From NCBI RefSeq assembly GCF_017377395.1, contig NZ_CP061800.1, positions 3,429,633 through 3,493,632 of the forward strand: DNA of 64,000 nt. The letters run 5' to 3'. Positions 25,018 through 35,103 of this stretch are shown in pieces. The notes beneath the pieces were generated by a model. It saw nothing but the letters and a program-made list of their open reading frames with translations, made no database searches and was not told the origin of the DNA. Each line of letters starts with the position of its first letter. Position 1 is the stretch's first letter. The DNA comes from Desulfonema magnum (lineage in GTDB: Bacteria; Desulfobacterota; Desulfobacteria; Desulfobacterales; 4be13). The position numbers were made by a program, and so were the translations under genes.

Positions 25018-25455
25018 ATGGAAGTCAATTTTTTTAAATGGACAGAGGGGATTCTCAATAATTTCTCCAACTGCTTAATCTGCAAAAACTATGAATCCCT
25101 GCTTTGGTTTGTATCCATAGGTATTGCGCTTACGATTATTGCTCTGAATCTGAAAATTCCCTCATATGAATTACTGCAAAAAATCTATACCGGAGAGATT
25201 TTTCCAAGTCTTCCGGTGGATAACAAAAAATATCTCCGGCAGGTACGTTTGTATATCAGACTGCTTTTTTTTATAGAAAACGCAGGCATATGTTATTTTC
25301 TTGCCACAATCTGTCTGGTCCTGCTGACCACCTCTCCGCAGCCTCTCCGGCCGCCCTATATCTTATTATCCAATTTAACCTTTCTGCTTGTTGTCATTCC
25401 CACAGTTCTGATCGGATTGTATTACAGCTATCTCAAAATTTTTAAAAAAATGTAG
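25018..25455 (+). CDS. hypothetical integral membrane protein
   Basis: 145 aa, 3-4 predicted TM helices, GAGGTG RBS. Confidence 0.45.
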   Translation: MEVNFFKWTEGILNNFSNCLICKNYESLLWFVSIGIALTIIALNLKIPSYELLQKIYTGEIFPSLPVDNKKYLRQVRLYIRLLFFIENAGICYFLATICLVLLTTSPQPLRPPYILLSNLTFLLVVIPTVLIGLYYSYLKIFKKM

Positions 25456-25639
25456 AAAAAATTGGCAGCCGTCATTTGTCAGTTGCCCCCCTTCGACAAG
25501 CTCAGGGTACTGCGTTCCTTCGACAAGCTCAGGGTTTCCTCACGGCGTTCCCTGAGCTTGTCGAAGGAAACGCCGTGAGGAACCCCGTGAGCCTGCCGAA
25601 AGGGGGGAACAACATCGGGCAAAAAATAATCAATAGATA

Positions 25640-26185
25640 GAAAAAATTTTCAGGCCCCCGCGGAGGACAGGACGAACGGGCAAGAAACCCGGCTTTTCCG
25701 ACCGGGGAATAGTTCGTCCGGGAAAAAAGCCGGGTTTCTCCGCTGTCCCGCACGCAGCCCGGAAACCGCGGACGGGGAAGAAATCCGGCTTTTCCGGCCG
25801 GGGGGAATATTTCGTTCGAGGAAAAAAGCCGGGTTTCTCCGCTGTCCCGCACGCAGCCCGGAAACCGCGGACGGGGAAGAAACCCGGCTTTTCCGCCAGG
25901 TGAAATACTACGTCCGGGGAAAAAGCCGGGTTTCTCCGCTGTCCCGCACGCAGCCCGGAAACCGCGGAGGGCGAAGAAACCCGGCTTTTACGACCGGGAT
26001 ACACTTCCTCCGGGGGAAAAAGCCGGGTTTCTCTGCTCTCCCGCACACTGGACGGACACAGCGAAGGGCGAAGAAACCCGGCTTTTACGACCGGGATACA
26101 CTTCCTCCGGGGGAAAAAAGCCGGGTTTCTCCGATTTCCCGCACTCATCCCGGAAACTTTTTGATCTGCTGATAATAGCAAAAAA
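25640..26185. repeat. REP-like family 2: ~5 tandem ~96-104 bp units, each a GAAACCCGGCTTTTCCG...CGGAAAAAGCCGGGTTTC hairpin, ending CCCGGAAACTTTTTGATCTGCTGA
   Basis: Same element singly at 47870-47995, 53660-53815 and degenerate at 60340-60420. ORFs 25529-26230 on both strands are repeat-derived. Confidence 0.8.
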
Positions 26186-26236
26186 TAAAATTTTTAGACA
26201 GGCAATGTCAGAATTTATTTGTTCGGACACCAGTTT

Positions 26237-27382
26237 TCATGCTTGTGCGAAGATTTGCTCATACAATTTTCGCAGGCGTTTGGCAATCATAGGCAAGGCG
26301 TAATTCCGCCTGATATGTTCACGGGCATGATATCCCAATCTGACACGAGATTCAGGATCACGAGACAGCGTTATGACGGCATTTTCCAGCGCGGAGATAT
26401 CATGGGGCGGGACAAGCCAGCCATTCTCATTGTGGGTGATGACATCGGATGCTCCCCCGACATCCGTGGCAATGGCAGGAAGTCCCGCGGCCATGGCTTC
26501 CAGCAGGGCGTTTGATAATCCCTCCGCGGCCGAAGGAAGCACAAAAATATCCCCAGCCTGCAAATAAGGAGACACATCCTCAACACTGCCGAGAAAGCTG
26601 ACCCCTGGCCCGGCCATTTGTTCAAGTCCGGCCCGTTCAGGCCCGTCACCAGCCACAAGGAGCAATGCATTGGGACATATCTGCCGCACCCCCGGCCAGA
26701 GGGTCAGGAGATGAGGAATTTGTTTTTCAGGTGACAGTCTTCCTGTAAAGATTACAACAGGAGTTCCGGTCAGATTCAGTTCTCTTCTCAGCTCTTCTCT
26801 GTCCTGAGCGGACAAGGGGCTGAAGCGTGTGGTATCAACCCCGTTGGGAATGAGAACGCGACGGGAACCAGGAACACCTGACAACGCCAGTTCCGTGTCA
26901 ATTTCCCGGGTGATTGCCAAAAACATATCAAAATGCCGCCGAAATTTTTCCAGGCGCTGTTTGCCCAACACCCCGCGTCTGAGCCGTTCAATATCACCCA
27001 GACCGGCTTTGCCGCCGCCCCCCAGAATCTTAGCGACAACAGGTGTGCCAAACAAATGTTTGGCAGCCAGAGCCGTGGTTGCCGGTGAAATCAGTCCGTG
27101 CGTGTGGACAATATCAGGGCGCAGCCTGCCCAGCAGATATAATGCGCCCAGGGTGAAACTCAGAGACGCTGTCACTTTGGGACCGGGTACGGGGAGACGG
27201 TAAACAGGGATACCGTGAACCCGCTCAAACGCTACCAGACCCGGATCCCGTCTCGTGATCACATGAACATCCACGCCCTGGTCCCGGAGCAGGGGCGTTA
27301 AAGCCGCGAGCTGACGTTCTGCGCCGCCAACACGCGGATAATAGCCGTGACTGATCATTACCACACGAATAGGATTTCTCAT
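26237..27382 (-). CDS. glycosyltransferase family 4 (GT1-fold)
   Basis: ~381 aa RVVMISHGYYPRVGGAERQ ... EGLSNALLEAMAAGLPAIATDVGGASDVI. Start set at MRNPIRVV (ATG 27382, ATGA overlap with the upstream flippase stop); the ORF-track start at 27718 is an over-extension. Confidence 0.85.
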   Translation of the reverse strand: MRNPIRVVMISHGYYPRVGGAERQLAALTPLLRDQGVDVHVITRRDPGLVAFERVHGIPVYRLPVPGPKVTASLSFTLGALYLLGRLRPDIVHTHGLISPATTALAAKHLFGTPVVAKILGGGGKAGLGDIERLRRGVLGKQRLEKFRRHFDMFLAITREIDTELALSGVPGSRRVLIPNGVDTTRFSPLSAQDREELRRELNLTGTPVVIFTGRLSPEKQIPHLLTLWPGVRQICPNALLLVAGDGPERAGLEQMAGPGVSFLGSVEDVSPYLQAGDIFVLPSAAEGLSNALLEAMAAGLPAIATDVGGASDVITHNENGWLVPPHDISALENAVITLSRDPESRVRLGYHAREHIRRNYALPMIAKRLRKLYEQIFAQA

Positions 27383-28833
27383 AAGACTTTCTCCCGTCCC
27401 CGCAGGACAGCCAGGGTCTGACCGAACAGTTTCCGGTTTGTGAGCCAAAGCACAGACACATACAGCAATGCTCCCCATATCACCATCAGCAGCAGACGAA
27501 TCACCGGAGCGAATGATGAAATCTGCAAACGCAGGAGAAAAAGCCCTGTGAGCATCACTGCCGCGCCTGTGGCAGCCGGTCGGAGGGCTGTCCAGAAGGC
27601 CCCCGGCCGGATAACAATCATGCGGCTGGCAATGACAAATTGCAAAATGGCAGCTAAAAATGATATGATTAACTGTCCCACCGCGACATAAAAAATATTG
27701 TAGCCGGCCGCTATCCAAAGCACCGGGATAAGCAGCAGCGTCTTGACCAGGCCCACCTGATTTGCAATCATGGGCCGGCCCGTGGCTTTGTAAACCTGGT
27801 CAGCATTGGCGCTGAGGGAATTTATCAGGGCATAGAGCGACAACGCCTGCATCACCGGAACGGCCGGTGCCCAGCGTATTGTATAAAAAACTTCCACGAA
27901 TTCCGGAGCCACAACAAACATTCCCAGTCCTACGGGAACACTGATAAGGGAAACATATTGCAGCGTGGTTAAAAAAGCCTTGCGTAAGGTGTCCTGGTCA
28001 TCCTGAAGTTTGGTATAAGTCGGAAAAATCGCCTGGCCCACCACTGACTGAATACTGTAAATCACAAGATACGGCAGTTGAAAGGCCATTGTGTAAAACC
28101 CCAGTTGTACCGCGTCCATGCGCCGGCCAATGATGAGATAATCTATGTTTTTATAGATAACATGCAGAATCTGGAACACGCCAATGTGCATTCCGTAGCT
28201 GATGAGGGACCGGGCGATGTTTAAATCAAACATGATACGCGGACGCCACTGACCCACAATCCAATACAGCACCGTGGCAGTGAATGTGCCGGCCATCTGT
28301 CCGCAGACCAGACTCCATACGCCAAAACCGGTGACGGCCAATCCTATGGAAACAGTGCCTTTGGCAAACCGCTGGGTGATTTGCGGAATCACACGCCGCC
28401 GAAAATCCAGTTCCTTTCTCAGCCGTACTTCATGAATGCTGCCCAGGGCAGAAATAACAAAGACCACAGAAAGCATTCGGATAATGGGCGTGACCCGGGG
28501 TTCTTGGAAAAAGACTGAAATCAGCGGCGCTGTCAGGAGAACAATGACCGTCAGCAGGAGGCCCATCAGCACATTCAGACAGAATGCCACATTGGCTGTC
28601 CGCTCCGGATGCTTCTGCCGGTAAATCACGGCCTCCCCGATACCCAGGTCTTTCAGGTTGCTGAGATAATTGATGACAAGAAGTCCCAGCGCCATCAGGC
28701 CAAAATCCTTTGGAACCAGCAGACGGGCAAGAATAACCGTGGTCAGGAAAATCAGACCTTTGCTGAAAGCAAATGAGACATAGTTCCATAACGCGCCTTT
28801 TACAGCCGCCTGAGCAAGTTTAAAATGTTTCAT
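27379..28833 (-). CDS. Wzx-like polysaccharide flippase / polysaccharide biosynthesis protein (MOP superfamily)
   Basis: 484 aa, ~12-14 TM helices, typical N-terminal LxxNxxxxxxxxGL organisation. Confidence 0.8.
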   Translation of the reverse strand: MKHFKLAQAAVKGALWNYVSFAFSKGLIFLTTVILARLLVPKDFGLMALGLLVINYLSNLKDLGIGEAVIYRQKHPERTANVAFCLNVLMGLLLTVIVLLTAPLISVFFQEPRVTPIIRMLSVVFVISALGSIHEVRLRKELDFRRRVIPQITQRFAKGTVSIGLAVTGFGVWSLVCGQMAGTFTATVLYWIVGQWRPRIMFDLNIARSLISYGMHIGVFQILHVIYKNIDYLIIGRRMDAVQLGFYTMAFQLPYLVIYSIQSVVGQAIFPTYTKLQDDQDTLRKAFLTTLQYVSLISVPVGLGMFVVAPEFVEVFYTIRWAPAVPVMQALSLYALINSLSANADQVYKATGRPMIANQVGLVKTLLLIPVLWIAAGYNIFYVAVGQLIISFLAAILQFVIASRMIVIRPGAFWTALRPAATGAAVMLTGLFLLRLQISSFAPVIRLLLMVIWGALLYVSVLWLTNRKLFGQTLAVLRGREKVL

Positions 28834-28850
28834 GTTTCCATTTCAGAATG

Positions 28851-29798
28851 TTAATTCTCGTAGGAATAGCCTGCCAAAAAGTCAAACCGAGCCATTCGTG
28901 TCCTGACAATTTCAATAAGCCCGGGTTCCCATTGAATTTCATGGCGGCTCTTTACAGGAGATTTATAAACAATACTGGCACAGGCTTTTGCATACTCCGC
29001 AGAAATGCCCGCGCCTAAGAAGCGGCAGGTCTGAGTGAGTTCTTGCTCAGGATTTTCAATAAACGCTTCATGCCTGACAAACAAGATGTCAGACGGATTA
29101 ATATATTTCCGGACATCATTAATTCGCCGGCAGGCAGAGAAATAATTGTCAATGTAATGCATTAAGGTGTTTTGCCTATTGTGCCGCAAAAATCTTGTGC
29201 TGATGTTGTCATAAGGATTTCTGATAACCACAATCAGCTTTACACTTGTGTCAACGGTCCGGCGCAGTTGTTGAAGCAGTCCGGGGTTGGCTGTCAGTCT
29301 TTTGGCTGTCATTCCTCCTTTTTTGTCTCCGATGATTTGAATTTTCCGGCAGGTCCCCTGCCACTGACCAGGGACAGCATAAGAATAATACGCTTTGCCC
29401 CGTCGTCCGTCTCGTATCCGGCCGGCCCGGGCATGGGAATGAGATTTTGCCAGAATAAGATGATACATATCTGTTTTGCCGAACCCCGCGTCAATGTATT
29501 TAAGGGCATCCAGATCATCTGAAAGCACAATATCAGGATGTGCGTCAAGCAGCGCGGAGATAAGACTGTGACCGCTTCTGGAATGTCCCATGAACATACA
29601 AAATGTTTTTACATCCTGAAAGGTGTCTTCTTTGATAAGATGTCTGATGCGGCTTGTATGATAACGCCGGATCAGGGGCCGGCCGTAACAGAGCCAGGCC
29701 ATGTTCAGCACCGGATATATTTTTCCATATTTGACTTTGTTGTAATAAGGTCTCAGGCGTTTCTTTGCCTTGCCTAAGCCCTGAATCTCTTTTTTCAT
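28851..29798 (-). CDS. sulfotransferase family protein (PAPS-dependent)
   Basis: 315 aa; 5'-PSB-like GHSRSGHSL and 3'-PB-like IVVIRNPYDNIS motifs. Confidence 0.8.
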   Translation of the reverse strand: MKKEIQGLGKAKKRLRPYYNKVKYGKIYPVLNMAWLCYGRPLIRRYHTSRIRHLIKEDTFQDVKTFCMFMGHSRSGHSLISALLDAHPDIVLSDDLDALKYIDAGFGKTDMYHLILAKSHSHARAGRIRDGRRGKAYYSYAVPGQWQGTCRKIQIIGDKKGGMTAKRLTANPGLLQQLRRTVDTSVKLIVVIRNPYDNISTRFLRHNRQNTLMHYIDNYFSACRRINDVRKYINPSDILFVRHEAFIENPEQELTQTCRFLGAGISAEYAKACASIVYKSPVKSRHEIQWEPGLIEIVRTRMARFDFLAGYSYEN

Positions 29799-29816
29799 TA
29801 TTTTTTCCTTTCCACT

Positions 29817-30779
29817 TCAGTTCTCGTAAGAATACCCTTCCAGAAAATCAAACTGCGCGATCCGGGCTTTTACAGCGTCAACAAGGTGCGGAGGCCATTC
29901 TGTCTCATGGCGGCTTTTTACGGGAGATTTATAAACAATGCCCGCGCAGGCATTCAGGTAATCCGCGGTGGTTTCAACGCCTAAAAAATGACAGATATCA
30001 TGCAGATACTTTGAAGGCTCCTCAACAAAGGCTTCGTGTCTGACACAAAACATATCTGAATCAGGTATGCGCTGCCGGATGTCATGAATGGTGTGGCAGG
30101 CTGAAAAATAATTCTCAATCATATATGTCAGGGGTTTGTCATCCCGCAGGAACATGGTGGTGATGTTATCATAAGGATTTCTGGTGACAAGAATCACCTT
30201 AACCTCTGTTTCCGCTGTGTCTCGTAATTGCTGAAAAAGTTTTGGTTTGGAACTGAGTCTCACAGTTGTGGACCCGCCCCGCTTATCCCCGATGACCCGG
30301 ATTTTCTCATATCGTCCCTGATACTGACCCGGAACAAGATAGAGGTGCTGTTTGCCATGACGTCCGCTTTTTTTTCGGCCTGTCAGGGAGCGGGACCTTT
30401 TCAGGATAAAATGAAATATCTGTTCCCTGCTGAATCCCGCGTCAACATATTTGAGTGCGTCAAGTTCATCCGAAAGAATAATATCCGGGTGCGCGTCAAG
30501 CAGACTGCCAATGATGGTGTGGCCGCTCCTCGGATGGCCGATGAATATGCAAAATGTCCTTACCTCTCGGAATACATCCTGTGAGATAAGATTCCTGATA
30601 CTGCGGGAATGATACCGCCAGATCAGGGGACGGGCAAGATAAAGCCATGCTTTGTTCAGCTTTTTATAGTTTTCTGTGTATCTTATTCTGTTATAATAAG
30701 GTCTCAGGGACTTTTTTAGTTTAGATAAAACCTGATGTGTTGTTGCCATGTTTTTCTTTTCACTTTTCAATGATGTCAT
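29817..30779 (-). CDS. sulfotransferase family protein, tandem paralog
   Basis: 320 aa; GHPRSGHTI and ILVTRNPYDNIT motifs; colinear with 28851-29798. Confidence 0.8.
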   Translation of the reverse strand: MTSLKSEKKNMATTHQVLSKLKKSLRPYYNRIRYTENYKKLNKAWLYLARPLIWRYHSRSIRNLISQDVFREVRTFCIFIGHPRSGHTIIGSLLDAHPDIILSDELDALKYVDAGFSREQIFHFILKRSRSLTGRKKSGRHGKQHLYLVPGQYQGRYEKIRVIGDKRGGSTTVRLSSKPKLFQQLRDTAETEVKVILVTRNPYDNITTMFLRDDKPLTYMIENYFSACHTIHDIRQRIPDSDMFCVRHEAFVEEPSKYLHDICHFLGVETTADYLNACAGIVYKSPVKSRHETEWPPHLVDAVKARIAQFDFLEGYSYEN

Positions 30780-30829
30780 TCCTGTAAAAGCCCTGAAAGG
30801 GCGTGTTTATAAAATCCGGGGCAATGCCC

Positions 30830-31140
30830 GATGCTTTTTCGCAAATTTTTCCGGAGTGCGAAAAATGCTTTTTCGCCAGTCTCTCCGGAGTGCGAAAATG
30901 CTTTTTCGCCATTTTCTCCGGAGTGCGAAAATACTTTTTCGCAAATTTTTCCGGAGTGCGAAAATGCTTTTTCGCCATTTTATCCGGAGTGCGAAAATAC
31001 TTTTTCGCAAATTTTTCCGGAGTGCGAAAATGCTTTTTCGCCATTTTATCCGGAGTGCGAAAAATACTTTTTCGCAAATTTCTCCGGAGTGCGAAAATGC
31101 TTTTTCGCAAATGCAAAAATAAAATTTTTGCACTCCGGAT
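30830..31140. repeat. tandem array B: ~9-10 alternating ~33-34 bp units (CCGGAGTGCGAAAATGCTTTTTCGCC... / ...ATACTTTTTCGCAAATTTTT)
   Basis: CCGGAG spacing 34/33/33 measured. Motif is the reverse-orientation relative of the array-A hairpin arm. Confidence 0.9.
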
Positions 31141-31147
31141 TTATGTC

Positions 31148-32854
31148 TCATTCCTCGGTTTTCCCTCTTATTCCGAGGCTTTCTGCAATTGCCATGATTT
31201 TTGCCACAAAAACAGCTAACGAGTCAAAATTCATGTCGCTGTTACCTGTCTGAAGCACTTTAAGTTCATGAATTTCCGGCAGTTGTGCTGCCAAGTCAGG
31301 GAGCCTCTTAATAAGGCGGCGCATCAGGTCACGGTCATTAATCAGATTATGGATTTCCTGCTTGGATCGGGAGATGTTGATTTCCCTTTCCATCTGGGCG
31401 GTTTTGACACGATTGGCTTGTTCCTCCAGTTCCAACTGAACCTGTTTTTCCTGTTGCCGACGAAGCAAAACAGCTTCCAGCGCTTTTGTCTGTATCTGAT
31501 TCGCTTGTTCCTGAAGCTGTAATTTCAATTCCGCTTCCTGCTTTCTAAGGGTCTTTTCACGTTCAATACGCTCCTGTTGAGACGTTGTCTTCATCACAGC
31601 AACACGGGTATCTTCGGCCATAGCGTGTAAGACCTCTTCAGTCTGCAATGTTTTTTCCCGGGCAGCAGCCTCCTTGTCGAGACGGAATATTTCCAACTGT
31701 GTTTCCTGAGATGTTTTCGCTGTCCAAGCTTCAATTCGTTTTTCTGATTCCTGTTTTGCCAGAGTGGTTTGTTCCTCAAGCTGAATTTTCTTTTGAAAGG
31801 TTTCCTGTTCCTTGACAAAACGCTGTGATTCTTCCGTGAGTTTCAGTTCCAACGCTTCTGTCTGCTTAGTTTGCTTAATGCGTTCAATTGCGGCCATGGC
31901 CTCGGCTTCACGGGTTTCGGCTGACTCACGGATTTCCAGCTCTTTTTGACGGACTTCGCTTTTCATCATAAGATGGCTTGTGCGGGCTGCTTTTTCCTGC
32001 TGATGACGAAAAGGGGCCTGTAAATCCTGCCACAGCCGTTGTGAACTGACCAAAGCCTCTCTGATCTGCACGGTGACGATTTTTATCCCCAGTCCCTCCT
32101 CTTCCCCTGATCCCTCAGTCTGCTGATTGCGTCCTTCGGTCACGGCTTTGAGGCGGGTGGTGAGTTCTTCAATAACCGGTGCTTTGTCTGTTAAGACCTC
32201 CTCCACACTCATTGTGGCGATTTTATCTTTGATGGCTGCTTCGGCCTGCTCGCCCAATTGTGCATTGACAATCCCCAGCGGATCACGATTATCAGAAAAG
32301 TCAAGTTTGCGATAGGCCACGGAAAAATCATCAATCTGCCATTGCACATAAGCCAGCACATTGATGCCCTGTTTCTCTTTGGTAATACAGTTCGCGACAA
32401 CGCCAATGGTCTGCATCGCGGCCGGTACGACCAGATACGCATCTGTATTGGGTTTGTAACGGAAAGATGTGCCCAGTCCGATGGTCACAGGGTCTTTATG
32501 CCCGATGCGTGTATGAATCACATATGCGTTTGGCGGAACAATGATCCGCCTCCAAAACCAGCGTCCTGTCTCCCGCACCCGAATCGGCTCTTTTTCCAGT
32601 TGGAGTTCCTCAGAGGTCTTCAGTCGGGTTCCCGGTATCTGACTTTGCGGGGACGCGAACTGAGGAGCCGAAGAAGGAGTCTTTTTTTTATAAGAAGCTG
32701 CTCTTTCCCCCTTATCGGCCACTTCTGTTAAATTCCCTGCTTCTGAATCCAAATCCATATCAAAAGATAATTCCTCTAATTCACCTTCAGAGGCAGGTTC
32801 CCGTAGCATGATATTCTGTTCCTTAAAGACATCTGCGGCTGCTTTACGTTTCAT
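31148..32854 (-). CDS. flotillin-like SPFH/band-7 domain protein with long EA-rich coiled coil
   Basis: 568 aa; SPFH-type core (RWFWRRIIVPPNAYVIHTRIG...VLAYVQWQIDDF) followed by ~300 aa of heptad-rich E/K/Q sequence; AGAGGA RBS. Confidence 0.75.
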   Translation of the reverse strand: MKRKAAADVFKEQNIMLREPASEGELEELSFDMDLDSEAGNLTEVADKGERAASYKKKTPSSAPQFASPQSQIPGTRLKTSEELQLEKEPIRVRETGRWFWRRIIVPPNAYVIHTRIGHKDPVTIGLGTSFRYKPNTDAYLVVPAAMQTIGVVANCITKEKQGINVLAYVQWQIDDFSVAYRKLDFSDNRDPLGIVNAQLGEQAEAAIKDKIATMSVEEVLTDKAPVIEELTTRLKAVTEGRNQQTEGSGEEEGLGIKIVTVQIREALVSSQRLWQDLQAPFRHQQEKAARTSHLMMKSEVRQKELEIRESAETREAEAMAAIERIKQTKQTEALELKLTEESQRFVKEQETFQKKIQLEEQTTLAKQESEKRIEAWTAKTSQETQLEIFRLDKEAAAREKTLQTEEVLHAMAEDTRVAVMKTTSQQERIEREKTLRKQEAELKLQLQEQANQIQTKALEAVLLRRQQEKQVQLELEEQANRVKTAQMEREINISRSKQEIHNLINDRDLMRRLIKRLPDLAAQLPEIHELKVLQTGNSDMNFDSLAVFVAKIMAIAESLGIRGKTEE

Positions 32855-32995
32855 TTTACATTTCCTCTGTGAATGTTAATGAACCTGATTTTTGCCAGTA
32901 CTCCGGAAAACATCCCGGACAGAGTTACAAACCTCGCCCCCTGAGCCTCCGCCGGCTCCTGAGCTTGTCGAAGGACACCAATGATTGGCAAAACA

Positions 32996-33910
32996 TCACT
33001 TTCCGGCAGGTTTCAGTTTCCAAAGCTTGGTGTTTCTGTAGATACCCGCTTCTGTGATGTGATAGCCCCCGACTTGCCGGCGTTTCATTTTTCCCAAGGT
33101 TCTGCTGAGTCTGATCTTCTGGCTTTTTTTACTGCCTTTGCCAAGATCAAACGAAATATCATTGTCAATGATCATCTGACGCAGATAATGCGAGTCAACC
33201 GCGTCCTCACCATATTTTTCCCACCACATATTGACAAAATCAAGAAAAAAGTCATTTTCTTTTTTCTGGTTCTCAGGCAGCGAACTCGGAGGAGGTGCTG
33301 AAATCCGGGCTTCAGAAAGATAACCGGGGCGGACAACCTCCAGAAAATTCACGCCTGTGGTCTCCTTTGTGATGCGGTTCGCTGTCAGCCTTGCCTGATG
33401 ATCATCTGTAATTCCTGCCAGATTAGCTGCCTCAATCGCCACTTTGAATCTTCTCACGCTCAGATCAAACTGATCTCCGGTGACATGACGCGCCTCAAGC
33501 TTTTCCTTCATATTGAAATAGTCTCTGACCATCTGCTTGTACAGTTGCCTGGCAAGCGGGGTTTGAAGGAGTTTGCAAAGAAGCGCATAGCCCTGACGGG
33601 AAAACAGATAAATATATTCACTGCGGTTAAGCGCGTTCTTTGTATAAAAATTCAGAAGAAAATCATATAATTGGTCGTTATCGTTCTGAACGATAACGGA
33701 TTTCAGGTTAAGAATGTCAACTTTTTCGTCAAACCAGTCAAGGTTTTTATTGATGACTTCATTAATGTGCATGAGTTCTCTTTCATGCAGTTCCGCAATT
33801 TGCTTTGCAAGAATACAGGGCTGATTGTCTCCGAACCCGCCGTAAATCTTTTTTACGGCATGATTGTTAATTGTCACAATTTCGTTACCCAACGTCAGTT
33901 CATTCATCAT
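32996..33910 (-). CDS. phage regulatory protein, Rha/ORF6N-like antirepressor N-terminal domain
   Basis: 304 aa; N-terminus VTINNHAVKKIYGGFGDNQPCILAKQIAELHERELMHINEVINKN fits the Rha/ORF6N pattern; GAGGAGA RBS. Family call is tentative. Confidence 0.5.
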   Translation of the reverse strand: MMNELTLGNEIVTINNHAVKKIYGGFGDNQPCILAKQIAELHERELMHINEVINKNLDWFDEKVDILNLKSVIVQNDNDQLYDFLLNFYTKNALNRSEYIYLFSRQGYALLCKLLQTPLARQLYKQMVRDYFNMKEKLEARHVTGDQFDLSVRRFKVAIEAANLAGITDDHQARLTANRITKETTGVNFLEVVRPGYLSEARISAPPPSSLPENQKKENDFFLDFVNMWWEKYGEDAVDSHYLRQMIIDNDISFDLGKGSKKSQKIRLSRTLGKMKRRQVGGYHITEAGIYRNTKLWKLKPAGK

Positions 33911-33976
33911 AAAAGCAGTCTCCTCTCTGCGTGAACCCGCGGTAAATTTTTCTTACGGGATGATTGTTAATGATTG

Positions 33977-34231
33977 TTAATCATTACTGGCAAAGGCATT
34001 TTTTCTATAAAAATTCAGAATAAAATCATATAATTGTTCGTTATCGTTCTGAACGATAACGGATTTCAGGTCAAACAACAGGCACTCGTTACGAGGCTCT
34101 GCCTCCCGTATAAAAAATCTGTTTTTTTTTGATTTTATCATGCCTGAGTCTCTTAGAGCGTGTTTGAAAAGTAAAGAATATGAGTAATCATAAGTGGCTG
34201 ATTTTTTTGCCACGAAGGCACGAAGGTTCAC
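33977..34231 (-). pseudogene. duplicated fragment of the Rha/ORF6N-like gene
   Basis: ...LFDLKSVIVQNDNEQLYDFILNFYRKNA matches residues ~70-100 of the 32996-33910 product. ~100 bp of DNA around 33990-34075 duplicates 33640-33720, including the cgttatcgttctgaacgataacg palindrome. Confidence 0.5.
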
Positions 34232-34520
34232 GAAGTCTCTTTATGGCTGATTTTTTGCCACAAAGACACGGAGGCACGAAGGTTCACGAAGTCTCTTTGT
34301 GGCTGATTTTTTGCCACGAAGACACGAAGGTGCGAAGGTTCACGAAGTCTTTTTGTGGCTGATTTTTTGCCACGAAGACACGAAGGCACGAAGGTTCACG
34401 AAGTCTCTTTGTGGCTGATTTTTTGCCACGAAGACACGAAGGTGCGAAGGTTCACGAAGTCTCTCTGTGTCTCTTTGTGTCTTCGTGCCTTTGTGGCTGA
34501 TTTTTTTGCCTCGAACACAC
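34190..34520. repeat. tandem array C: ~6 copies of a 49-56 bp unit (GGCTGATTTTTTGCCACGAAGACACGAAGGCACGAAGGTTCACGAAGTCTCTTTGT) with internal CACGAAG heptamers
   Basis: GGCTG spacing 49/56/56/56 measured. Confidence 0.85.
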
Positions 34521-34567
34521 GAAGGTTCACGAGGTCTCTTTGTCAGTTCGGAAGCACGTCAGATTCG

Positions 34568-35074
34568 TCAATCAAAACCGATAATAACATTCTTGTTTTT
34601 AAAATGCGGCAGCAATGCCTCCAGGGACCCGCCCTTTTCTGCATGGGCAATTCGGATTTCATCGGCCAGCTCCAGAATGAGTCTGTTTCTTATCTCTGCC
34701 CGCGCCGAGGTTATCCATTTCACAGACGCGTCAAAAGGGGAAAGGATTAAAAGCCGGTTTTGTCCCAGAGCTGTTTTTATTTCCGGTTCCCATCGTTTTT
34801 TCATGCCCCGGGCCAATGCGAGAATCATGGGCTGTTTGCCTTTTGCGAGGATTTGAAACACATCCTTTTCTATCTGGGAATGAAAACATGACATAACGCA
34901 GTTGCCCTTTTTCCGCTGCTCAATGGCCCAGTCGTAAGCTTTTACGATCATCTCCGCGGGGCATTTGCGGGAGCAGAGAAACGCTGTTTTACGAACATTT
35001 AAGATCGCTTTGTTTCCGAGAAAATGTAAATCAGAGGGTTTCATTGGTGTTCCTGTGTTTAAACGAGTCTTCAT
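34568..35074 (-). CDS. DprA/Smf-like Rossmann (SLOG) domain protein, short stand-alone form
   Basis: 168 aa; colinear with the DprA core (…SCFHSQIEKDVFQ…ILALARGM… ~ SGLARGID block; RNRLILELADEIRIAHAEKGGSLEAL ~ RNRIIAGLS…SGSLITA). The start may be the internal Met at ~35044, which has an AGGAA RBS. Confidence 0.6.
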   Translation of the reverse strand: MKTRLNTGTPMKPSDLHFLGNKAILNVRKTAFLCSRKCPAEMIVKAYDWAIEQRKKGNCVMSCFHSQIEKDVFQILAKGKQPMILALARGMKKRWEPEIKTALGQNRLLILSPFDASVKWITSARAEIRNRLILELADEIRIAHAEKGGSLEALLPHFKNKNVIIGFD

Positions 35075-35103
35075 TTGCAGCTTTCAAACGGGCTGCTTTC
35101 TAC

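Noticed and set aside
25529-26230. ORFs 25529-25852, 25630-26181, 25900-26172 and 25988-26230
   Set aside because: They overlap each other on both strands and are translations of the REP-like hairpin tandem repeat.
26237-27718. ORF-track glycosyltransferase start at 27718 (493 aa)
   Set aside because: The upstream 112 codons overlap the flippase gene and are Cys/Arg-rich junk. The ATG at 27382 gives a canonical ~381-aa GT4 with an ATGA stop-start overlap.
30748-31253. ORFs on both strands across array B (for example 30760-31116, 30831-31253)
   Set aside because: Repeat-derived periodic peptides (…FRSAKMLFRHF…), antisense to each other.
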